Below, piece after piece: positions 56,878 to 64,000 of a stretch of 64,000 nucleotides of DNA. A program made the position numbers and the translations under genes. The notes under the pieces were generated by a model. That model saw only the letters and a program-made list of their open reading frames with translations. It ran no database searches and had not been told where the DNA came from. Source of the stretch: Pseudohongiellaceae bacterium (GTDB taxonomy: Bacteria; Pseudomonadota; Gammaproteobacteria; Pseudomonadales; Pseudohongiellaceae); the NCBI GenBank assembly GCA_965661005.1, contig CBFICB010000004.1, positions 62,879 to 126,878 on the forward strand, given 5' to 3'. The stretch's first letter is position 1. Each line of letters begins with the position of its first letter.

Positions 56878-58092
56878 TTGAGCTCAGTAGATTCGCAGCA
56901 GCGAGTATTATCAGGAATGCGTCCAACAGGACGTCTCCATTTAGGCCATTATCACGGCGTTATCAAAAACTGGATAAAGCTACAGCATGAATATGAATGC
57001 TTTTTATTCGTGGCTGACTGGCATGCTTTGACCACAGATTATGATAGTCCGCAAACGATTGAAGCCCACGTCTGGGATATGGTTATAGACTGGCTTGCTG
57101 CAGGTGTTAGCCCAAGCGCTGCGACCTTGTTTATCCAGTCAAAAGTACCTGAACATGCAGAACTGCATTTGCTCCTGTCCATGATGACGCCTCTGGGTTG
57201 GTTGGAAAGAGTGCCAAGTTATAAGGATATGCAAGAGAATTTAAGAGAGAAGGATCTCGATACCTATGGATTTCTGGGATACCCCTTACTGCAAAGTGCC
57301 GACATTTTAATTTATCGTTCCGGCTCGGTGCCAGTCGGTGCCGATCAGGTGGCTCATGTAGAATTAACCCGCGAAGTGGCACGACGCTTTAATCATCTTT
57401 ATGGTCGCGAACCGGACTTTGCCGAGTTGGCTGAAATCGCGGTTAAAAAAATGGGAAAGAAAGGCGCTAAACTATACAGTGCTTTACGTAAAAGTTACCA
57501 GGAAGAAGGAGATCAGGAAGCTTTGCTTAAAGCCCAGGCCTTATTAAAAGAACAGCAAAATATAACTCTTGGAGATCGTGAACGCTTGTTCGGTTACATA
57601 GAAGGTTCCGGCAAAATGATTTTACCCGAGCCTCAGGCTTTGTTAACACAAGCAGCCAAAATGCCGGGCCTTGATGGCAGAAAAATGTCCAAGTCTTATA
57701 ACAATATCATCAGTCTAAGAGAAGACGATGATGAGATTATGCAAAAACTTAAAACCATGCCTACCGATCCTGCCAGAGTGCGTTTAACGGATCCAGGTGA
57801 TCCCGATAAATGTCCAGTGTGGCAGTTCCATCAGGTTTACTCAGATGAGTCTACTTGTAATTGGGTGAAGCAAGGTTGTCGTAGTGCTGGCATAGGGTGT
57901 TTGGAGTGCAAGAAGCCCGTTATTGATGCCGTCGTAGCCGAACTATTGCCAATAAAAGAGAAAGCCAGGCAATTCGAAGAGAATCCGTCTTCAGTAAGAG
58001 CAATTATAGCCGAAGGGACAGAAAGAGCTCGGGAAGTCGCCAAAGAAACCTTGGATGATGTAAGGCAGGCTATGGGATTAAATTACCGGTAA
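56878..58092 (+). CDS. trpS: tryptophan--tRNA ligase (long form with insertion and C-terminal Cys cluster)
   Basis: TTG start after GGGGAAAAAG. Class I motifs GRLHLGHYHG (HIGH) and KMSKS. 404 aa. Confidence 0.93.
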   Translation: MSSVDSQQRVLSGMRPTGRLHLGHYHGVIKNWIKLQHEYECFLFVADWHALTTDYDSPQTIEAHVWDMVIDWLAAGVSPSAATLFIQSKVPEHAELHLLLSMMTPLGWLERVPSYKDMQENLREKDLDTYGFLGYPLLQSADILIYRSGSVPVGADQVAHVELTREVARRFNHLYGREPDFAELAEIAVKKMGKKGAKLYSALRKSYQEEGDQEALLKAQALLKEQQNITLGDRERLFGYIEGSGKMILPEPQALLTQAAKMPGLDGRKMSKSYNNIISLREDDDEIMQKLKTMPTDPARVRLTDPGDPDKCPVWQFHQVYSDESTCNWVKQGCRSAGIGCLECKKPVIDAVVAELLPIKEKARQFEENPSSVRAIIAEGTERAREVAKETLDDVRQAMGLNYR

Positions 58093-58098
58093 ATATGC

Positions 58099-58962
58099 AT
58101 GAGTGAAGATACCGAAAAATCATTGGATCGCCAGCATAATCGTATCAGTCTTCTGAATGAAGCCCGACAACAAATGGGTGAACAAGCCGAAATGCCCTTT
58201 GCTTTCGTGGCCGGTCAAGCCTTCACTGATTTACCAAAAGATTTATATATTCCACCTGATGCTCTTGAAGTATTCCTTGAAGCCTTTGAAGGCCCACTGG
58301 ACTTACTGTTATATCTGATCAGACGGCAGAACATTGATATTTTGGATATCAATATTGCTGAAATCACTGAGCAGTACATTGCTTATGTTGAGTTGATGGA
58401 TGCTGCGCAATTTGAACTGGCCGCTGAATATCTGGTTATGGCAGCCATGCTGGCAGAAATTAAATCAAGGTTTTTGCTGCCGCGTATGGAAGAAGAAGGT
58501 GAAGATGAAGAAGATCCTAGAGCGCAACTCATCCGTCGTTTACAAGAATATGAGCGTTACCGCGATGCCGCAGAAAAAATTGATGAACTGCCCAGGCGTT
58601 ATCGCGACTACCATGTTGCTTCGGCAGAGTTGCCGGTTTTAGAGAAAGAAATTCCTTTACCTGAGGTTGATTTGCAGGAAATTTTAATGGCCTTTGCCGA
58701 TGTGCTGCGGCGTTCTGATTTAAAAGAAAGCCACCATATACAACGTCAGGCATTATCTACTCGGGAAAAAATGTCACAAATATTATTGCGTATTTCAGAT
58801 AAGCAATTTACACCTTTGATGTCACTGGTTTTGAAGGATGAGGGTAAGTTAGGAATTGTAGTGACTTTTCTGGCAGTGATGGAATTAATAAAGGAATCGC
58901 TTGTGGAATTAGTTCAAAGTGAGCCCTTTGCTCCTATTCATATTAAGGCAATTAGCACATGA
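58099..58962 (+). CDS. scpA: segregation and condensation protein A (kleisin ScpA)
   Basis: FEGPLDLLLYLIRRQNIDILDINIAEIT motif. 287 aa. Confidence 0.9.
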   Translation: MSEDTEKSLDRQHNRISLLNEARQQMGEQAEMPFAFVAGQAFTDLPKDLYIPPDALEVFLEAFEGPLDLLLYLIRRQNIDILDINIAEITEQYIAYVELMDAAQFELAAEYLVMAAMLAEIKSRFLLPRMEEEGEDEEDPRAQLIRRLQEYERYRDAAEKIDELPRRYRDYHVASAELPVLEKEIPLPEVDLQEILMAFADVLRRSDLKESHHIQRQALSTREKMSQILLRISDKQFTPLMSLVLKDEGKLGIVVTFLAVMELIKESLVELVQSEPFAPIHIKAIST

Positions 58963-59825
58963 ATGATCTGGAAAAAATAAAACAAATTATCGAAGGCCTC
59001 TTGCTCACAGCGGGGAAGCCTTTGACGCTTGATAAAATTGCAGAGATCTTCACTAAGGAAGAATTACCTGAGCGTAGTGTCTTGAAAATGGCAATGGAAG
59101 AAATTGAAAAAAGTTGTGAAGGCCGTGGTTTTGAATTAAAGAAAGTTGCTTCGGGTTATCGTTTGCAAGTACGACAGGAATTGAGTGACTGGGTTGGTCG
59201 TTTATGGGAAGAAAAGCCGCAACGTTATTCAAGGGCCTTGTTGGAAACCCTCGCAATTATTGCTTATCGACAGCCAATTACACGCGGCGACATAGAAAAA
59301 ATTCGTGGTGTGGCGGTAAGTTCCAGTATTGTTCGCACCTTGTTGGAAAGAGATTGGGTTAGGGTTGTCGGTCATCGAGATGTGCCGGGGCGTCCGGCCA
59401 TGTATGCGTCTACTCGTGAATTTCTGGATTATTTTAATTTACAGAATCTGGATGAATTGCCAGCCTTAACTGAAATTCGGGATATGGAAGGGCTGAATGA
59501 AGAACTGACGCTTGAAGAGGATAAACCAGAAGGCAATGTTCTTGAATTTCCAGTTATGGCCGAAGAGGATGATGAAGTGATTGTTGCTGATGAAGAAGAG
59601 TTGGCTGCAGCAGCGATTGGGACACGTTCAATCGATGAAATTCTAGGTATTAAAAAAGAACCAGAAGAAGAACCAGAAAAAGAACAGGATGGTTTATTTG
59701 AAAAACCTGAGGGTTCTGAACAAAATGATGCAGAAATTACCGAGGCATCTACAGACGAAGCAGTAGAAGAAACATTAACAGGTAGTGAAGAGCATAATGA
59801 TGAAGACGAAGAATCATTAGGCTGA
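58959..59825 (+). CDS. scpB: segregation and condensation protein B (ScpB) with a long acidic C-terminal tail
   Basis: LETLAIIAYRQPITRGDIEKIRGV and RPAMYASTREFLDYFNL motifs. Overlaps the scpA stop by 4 nt. Confidence 0.9.
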   Translation: MNDLEKIKQIIEGLLLTAGKPLTLDKIAEIFTKEELPERSVLKMAMEEIEKSCEGRGFELKKVASGYRLQVRQELSDWVGRLWEEKPQRYSRALLETLAIIAYRQPITRGDIEKIRGVAVSSSIVRTLLERDWVRVVGHRDVPGRPAMYASTREFLDYFNLQNLDELPALTEIRDMEGLNEELTLEEDKPEGNVLEFPVMAEEDDEVIVADEEELAAAAIGTRSIDEILGIKKEPEEEPEKEQDGLFEKPEGSEQNDAEITEASTDEAVEETLTGSEEHNDEDEESLG

Positions 59826-59861
59826 TCAGTGAATCAATAATTAATTTCGTGAGAAATCAAT

Positions 59862-60686
59862 ATGAGCATAGCCTCAGATGAAAAGTTACAAAAAGTCCTT
59901 GCTAGAGCGGGCTTCGGTTCTCGCCGAGAAATGGAGCACTGGATTAAGGCAGGCAGAGTTAAGGTCAACGGTAAAATAGCAACGCTTGGTGATCGGGTTA
60001 ACAGTGAAGACAAGATAACTGTTGATGGCAAAAAACTTTCTGCAAACACCGCTAAATCTGTCATTCAGACAGTATTGCTATATAACAAGCCCGTTGGTGA
60101 GATTTGTTCACGTAATGATCCAGAGGGTCGCCCTTCAGTTTTTGATAATTTGCCAAAGTTACAACATGCACGTTGGGTTGCTGTAGGGCGTTTGGATATA
60201 AATACCAGCGGACTATTGTTGTTTACTACTGATGGTGAGTTGGCCAATAAGTTAATGCACCCCTCTATGCAAATTGAGCGGGAATATGCTGTTAGAGTGA
60301 TTGGAGAAGTTACACCAGAAATAATTCAAAATATGCACAAAGGCGTGCTGCTGGAAGATGGCATGGCAAGATTTAGTGATATTCAGTTTTTTTCCGGAGA
60401 AGGTGCTAACCATTGGTATCACGTGGTTATTATGGAAGGTCGAAATCGTGAAGTTAGACGCTTGTGGGAATCTCAGGGTTTGAAAGTTAGCCGTTTAAAA
60501 CGTGTTAGATACGGTAATGTTTTTATCCCCAGTGTTATCAAGGTTGGACAGTTTCGTGAATTGCCGTCAAGTGAAGTGAAAGACTTATACAGTCTGGCTG
60601 GATTAAACTACCGCCCATCCAAAACATATCAACAGCAAAAAAGTTCGCAACATCCTGGTAAAAGGTTTTCCAGAGCGCGTAGATAA
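59862..60686 (+). CDS. rluB: 23S rRNA pseudouridine synthase RluB
   Basis: S4 domain (KLQKVLARAGFGSRRE), the catalytic GRLDINTSGLLLFT motif and a basic C-terminal tail. Synteny after scpB. Confidence 0.9.
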   Translation: MSIASDEKLQKVLARAGFGSRREMEHWIKAGRVKVNGKIATLGDRVNSEDKITVDGKKLSANTAKSVIQTVLLYNKPVGEICSRNDPEGRPSVFDNLPKLQHARWVAVGRLDINTSGLLLFTTDGELANKLMHPSMQIEREYAVRVIGEVTPEIIQNMHKGVLLEDGMARFSDIQFFSGEGANHWYHVVIMEGRNREVRRLWESQGLKVSRLKRVRYGNVFIPSVIKVGQFRELPSSEVKDLYSLAGLNYRPSKTYQQQKSSQHPGKRFSRARR

Positions 60687-60716
60687 AAATCTTCAGATTT
60701 CAATGAGGAATTCACG

Positions 60717-61304
60717 ATGGCAATTATGAAATTATATGGTAATTCACCTTCTCCATTTGTGCGACATTGTCGCATTGCATTGATAGAAAGCGGTATGGAT
60801 TTTGAATTTTTGATCGATACGGATTATCAACTTAGTCGTCAACGCTCACCTACACAAAGAATTCCATTTCTGGAATACGAAGAGCATGGGAATACTTGTG
60901 TCTTGACAGATTCCAGTTCAATACTGCGCTATGTTCGTGAGAAGTCAGGGCAGGTTTTTTTGCCAACTGTTGCAGAATTAAACAATTTCTGTACTGTGAC
61001 AACCCTAATGGATGCACAGGTAAATATATTTTTACTTAAAAAAGAAGGACTGACTTCAGACAAGGTCAATTATTTAAAACGTCAGGAAAATCGAATACAA
61101 ACTGGCTTGAAGGAGTTTGAGGCGATGGATTTGTCTTCTCGGGCGCCTTGGTCAGACGTTGAGCTCAGGCTGGTCTGTTTTCTAGACTGGGTTCGCTTCA
61201 GAAATCATTTCAGTCTAAAGAGCTTTCCGAAACTATTGGCCTTTATGGAAAACATGGAAACGCATCAACCTTTTGTTGAAACGACAATAGTTGATAATAC
61301 TTAA
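60717..61304 (+). CDS. glutathione S-transferase-like protein
   Basis: 195 aa. Thioredoxin-like N-terminus (MKLYGNSPSPFVRHCRIAL ... IPFL ... LTDSSSILRYV) with a helical C-terminal domain. Confidence 0.65.
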   Translation: MAIMKLYGNSPSPFVRHCRIALIESGMDFEFLIDTDYQLSRQRSPTQRIPFLEYEEHGNTCVLTDSSSILRYVREKSGQVFLPTVAELNNFCTVTTLMDAQVNIFLLKKEGLTSDKVNYLKRQENRIQTGLKEFEAMDLSSRAPWSDVELRLVCFLDWVRFRNHFSLKSFPKLLAFMENMETHQPFVETTIVDNT

Positions 61305-61319
61305 AACTTATTTTTAAAA

Positions 61320-62060
61320 TCATTGAGCATCAAGCTGTTTGCCGTTTTCGAACTGGCTGTCCTTGCCCATCAAGTATAAATAAAGCGGCATAATATCTTC
61401 AGGTTTTGGCAGGTTTACCGGGTTTTCTCCTGGGAAAGCCTGGCTACGCATTTTAGTCGCTGTAGCGCCAGGGTTTATTGTGTTAACTCTGATGCTTGAG
61501 GTGTTTTCCAACTCTAAAAATAACACTTGAGCCAATGCTTCAGTAGCGGCCTTAGAAACGGAATAAGCACCCCAGTAAGCATAAGGTTTTCGACCAGCTC
61601 CAGAAGAGGTAAATACAATTGAGGCTGTATCTGCTTCTTGCAGCAAAGGCAGGCAGTATTTTGTCAAAGCGAATTGGGCGTTTAGATTGGTTTGAATGAC
61701 CTGATTCCAGGTTGTCAGATTATAAGTTTGAATGGGTGTTAATGAACCCAGTATAGAGGCGTTATTAAGTAAGCCATCCAGTCTTCCAAACTCCGAATGA
61801 ATACTGTTGACGAGCTCCTGGTATTTTTCTTCATTGGCTTCAATCAAGTCAAAAGGCGTTATAGCCGCCTGAGGGTGGCCTGCGCGTTCAATTTCATCAT
61901 AAACCTGTTCCAGTCTCTCAACATTGCGCCCCATTAGAATGACGGTGGCCCCGTGTTCAGCATAAGCAAGGGCGGCAGCTTTGCCAATTCCTGAACCTGC
62001 ACCACTGACCAGTATAATTTTATTTTTTAGTAAATCTGAAGGAGCTTGGTAATCAAACAT
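61320..62060 (-). CDS. yciK: YciK-family short-chain dehydrogenase/reductase
   Basis: LVSGAGSGIGKAAA Rossmann motif and YSVSKAA catalytic motif. INPGATATKMR and IMPLYLYLMG closely follow E. coli YciK as I remember it. Confidence 0.85.
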   Translation of the reverse strand: MFDYQAPSDLLKNKIILVSGAGSGIGKAAALAYAEHGATVILMGRNVERLEQVYDEIERAGHPQAAITPFDLIEANEEKYQELVNSIHSEFGRLDGLLNNASILGSLTPIQTYNLTTWNQVIQTNLNAQFALTKYCLPLLQEADTASIVFTSSGAGRKPYAYWGAYSVSKAATEALAQVLFLELENTSSIRVNTINPGATATKMRSQAFPGENPVNLPKPEDIMPLYLYLMGKDSQFENGKQLDAQ

Positions 62061-62084
62061 GCTTTTCTCAGTTAAAGTCAGGCT

Positions 62085-62741
62085 TTAGTTAAATAATAAA
62101 GAGGCAATTTGTTCTGGAGAATCAACGATCACATCCGGCTTCCAATCCTGTAGTTGGATATGCTTAGGGAAATATCCCCAACTTACCGCGATAGTCTTGA
62201 TCCCGGCATTTTTTCCTGCATCAATATCACGCTTATGATCACCAACATAAATGCATTCTTCGGGAGCGCATTCCAGTTTTTTGCAGGCCAATAATAAACT
62301 TTCAGGAGAGGGTTTGGCCTGGCTAACATGATCGGCACAAACAATTAGAGCGGCGCTTTGCATTGCCGAAAAGTTTTGTAATAAAGGCGTAGTAAAACGT
62401 GAGGGCTTATTAGTAACAACACCCCATTGAAAGTTTTCACTATTAATTCTTTGTAAGAGCTCTGGGATGCCATCAAATAATTCAGCTTCGGTTTCAGGAA
62501 TTTTTATGGCGTATAAATCAAGTAATTCCTGTAAATAGTTATCAAAATCTTCATGGGTCTCATCAATGGCAAAACCTAGCTTTATCAAAGCTCTGGCGCC
62601 ATCAGAAACGGTCTCTTTTACTTTGGAATGATCAACTTTATCTCTGCCATATTGTTGCAGAAGCTGATTAAGTACCTGAGTGAAATCTTTGGCTGTATCC
62701 AACAGGGTGCCATCGAGATCAAAAAGAACATGTTTACTCAC
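62085..62741 (-). CDS. HAD-family phosphatase (phosphoglycolate phosphatase Gph / MurNAc-6-P phosphatase MupP-like)
   Basis: DLDGTLLDT, VVTNKP and VGDHKRDIDAGKNAG HAD motifs. The position between ubiG and yciK matches the Pseudomonas mupP locus. Confidence 0.8.
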   Translation of the reverse strand: MSKHVLFDLDGTLLDTAKDFTQVLNQLLQQYGRDKVDHSKVKETVSDGARALIKLGFAIDETHEDFDNYLQELLDLYAIKIPETEAELFDGIPELLQRINSENFQWGVVTNKPSRFTTPLLQNFSAMQSAALIVCADHVSQAKPSPESLLLACKKLECAPEECIYVGDHKRDIDAGKNAGIKTIAVSWGYFPKHIQLQDWKPDVIVDSPEQIASLLFN

Positions 62742-62757
62742 AAAGACTCTAACTCTA

Positions 62758-63468
62758 TTAAGTTTTATTCAAATACATTAAATAATTAACATCGACATTA
62801 TCGGATAAGCGATACTTTTTGGTAAACGGGTTATAAGTCATGCCCGTTAGAGTATCTAGTTCCAGAGAAGCATCCCGTGCGTATTTTGCTAATTCTGAAG
62901 GGCGAATAAATTTTTGATAGTCATGCGTTCCTTTGGGTAGCATCTGCAGTATATATTCTGCACCAAGAATGGCAAAAAGATAAGATTTTGGATTACGGTT
63001 GATCGTCGATACAAACAAGTGACCACCTGGTTTAAGTAGACGATGGCAAGCTTTTAGGATGGATCCAGGATCAGGTACATGCTCCAGCATCTCCAGGCAT
63101 GTCACCACATCATATTTACCTGAATATTCTTCGGCAAATTTTTCTGCTGAAGATTGCTGATAGTCTATTTCAAGTTGGCTTTCAAGCAAATGCAGTCTAG
63201 CAACAGCTAAAGGCGCTTCTCCCATATCGATCCCGGTCACTTGAGCGCCTCTGTGAGCCATTGCTTCCGTAAGAATGCCTCCACCACAACCGATATCCAG
63301 GACTTGAAGCTGCGCAAGGTTAATTTTTGAATCAATAAAACTCAATCGCAGAGGGTTAATGTCGTGCAGGGGTTTGAATTCGTTATTTCGATCCCACCAG
63401 CGTGAGGCCAGAGCTTCAAACTTGGCTATTTCGCTGTGATCGACATTGGCATTTGTGGCTTTAGTCAA
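62758..63468 (-). CDS. ubiG: bifunctional ubiquinone biosynthesis O-methyltransferase UbiG
   Basis: EIAKFEALASRWWD N-terminus and the LDIGCGGGILTE SAM motif. 236 aa. Confidence 0.93.
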   Translation of the reverse strand: MTKATNANVDHSEIAKFEALASRWWDRNNEFKPLHDINPLRLSFIDSKINLAQLQVLDIGCGGGILTEAMAHRGAQVTGIDMGEAPLAVARLHLLESQLEIDYQQSSAEKFAEEYSGKYDVVTCLEMLEHVPDPGSILKACHRLLKPGGHLFVSTINRNPKSYLFAILGAEYILQMLPKGTHDYQKFIRPSELAKYARDASLELDTLTGMTYNPFTKKYRLSDNVDVNYLMYLNKT

Positions 63469-63504
63469 GAAATGTTCCTTTAAGTCTTTATGGGTTAAAG
63501 CAGT

Positions 63505-64000
63505 TTAAGCTGCCTGAATTTTTGCAGCCCAATGATGCGCTTTTTCTTTCAGAATTTCTGAATTGGTATTGATCAATTTTCCGTCTTCAACATTTAGCTG
63601 TCCAGCCACCCAAACGTGACTCACTTGTGAGGCTTGTGCACTGTAAACCAAAGTGGACACAGGATCATATACGGGACTGGTGTTGATATGGTTTAGATTG
63701 ACCGCTGTTATGTCAGCAAATTTTCCAGACTCTAGCGTACCAATATGATCTGACAAACCCATTTGTTCTGCTCCATTTACGGTAGCCATAGTCAGGACAT
63801 CCCAGGCAGATAAACAACTTGCATCTTCGGAGTAGCCTTTACCTATCAAGGCTGCAAGGCGCATTTCATTAAGCATATTGAGCTCGTTATTACTGGCGCA
63901 ACCATCAGTACCAAGTGCAACATTTACCCCCGCTGAACTTAGTTTATAGGAAGGACAAAAACCACTGGACAGCTTCAAGTTAGAAGCAGGGCAATGGACG
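63505..64000 (-). CDS. mtaD: TRZ/ATZ-family amidohydrolase (MTA/SAH deaminase MtaD-like), C-terminal part (5' end is outside the window)
   Basis: The frame stays open to the window edge. LGTDGCASNN and GSLE.GK.AD amidohydrolase motifs. Upstream of ubiG, as in Pseudomonas-type synteny. Confidence 0.75.
   Translation of the reverse strand, partial: VHCPASNLKLSSGFCPSYKLSSAGVNVALGTDGCASNNELNMLNEMRLAALIGKGYSEDASCLSAWDVLTMATVNGAEQMGLSDHIGTLESGKFADITAVNLNHINTSPVYDPVSTLVYSAQASQVSHVWVAGQLNVEDGKLINTNSEILKEKAHHWAAKIQAA

Noticed and set aside
59470-59825. Roughly 110-residue highly acidic (Glu/Asp-rich) C-terminal extension of ScpB.
   Set aside because: Disordered acidic tails are common in proteobacterial ScpB proteins. 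Nothing indicates a separate function.

Overview
This is a visibly AT-rich, densely coding chromosomal segment. Its gene content and local synteny (dsbC-hom-thrC, yfjD-ypjD-ffh, yciO-trpS-scpAB-rluB, mtaD-ubiG-HAD-yciK) look like a marine-type gammaproteobacterium. All calls come from reading the supplied translations and the DNA by eye; no searches were run. Most of the window is housekeeping: queA (partial), pyk, mdh, tgt-yajC-secDF, cspA, a soluble NAD-type molybdo-formate dehydrogenase (fdsGBA) with fdhD, ffh, rpsP-rimM-trmD-rplS, hom-thrC, fadD, recJ, dcd, a complete ccmABCDEFGHI operon, fpr, modBC, moaAB, trpS, scpAB, rluB and ubiG. I found no rRNA, tRNA, CRISPR array, transposase or integrase. 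Four regions are not explained by housekeeping annotation. (1) 45.9-48.9 kb holds a same-strand module: a soluble VTC/triphosphate-tunnel polyphosphate-polymerase-like protein, a DUF4956 membrane protein and a membrane-anchored CotH-family kinase. A secreted DUF4159 protein is encoded divergently upstream. This is my best candidate for an uncharacterised system. (2) 27.5-30.2 kb holds a tight operon of three signal-peptide proteins: two paralogues of an unnamed family flanking a metallo-beta-lactamase-fold protein whose HxHxDH motif is degenerate. (3) A third copy of that paralogue domain, fused to a DUF6152-like domain, lies directly downstream of fdsA (9.7-10.8 kb). (4) A 695-bp AT-rich gap (53.2-53.9 kb) contains a terminator oriented for an unannotated minus-strand transcript, a 3 x 9-nt tandem repeat and repeated AAAAGT/GTAAC motifs upstream of an orphan HemD-like gene. 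Smaller observations are an Fe-S-type Cys motif in TrpRS, an operator-like palindrome upstream of fdsG, a coupled upstream ORF before the CotH gene, and modBC without modA.
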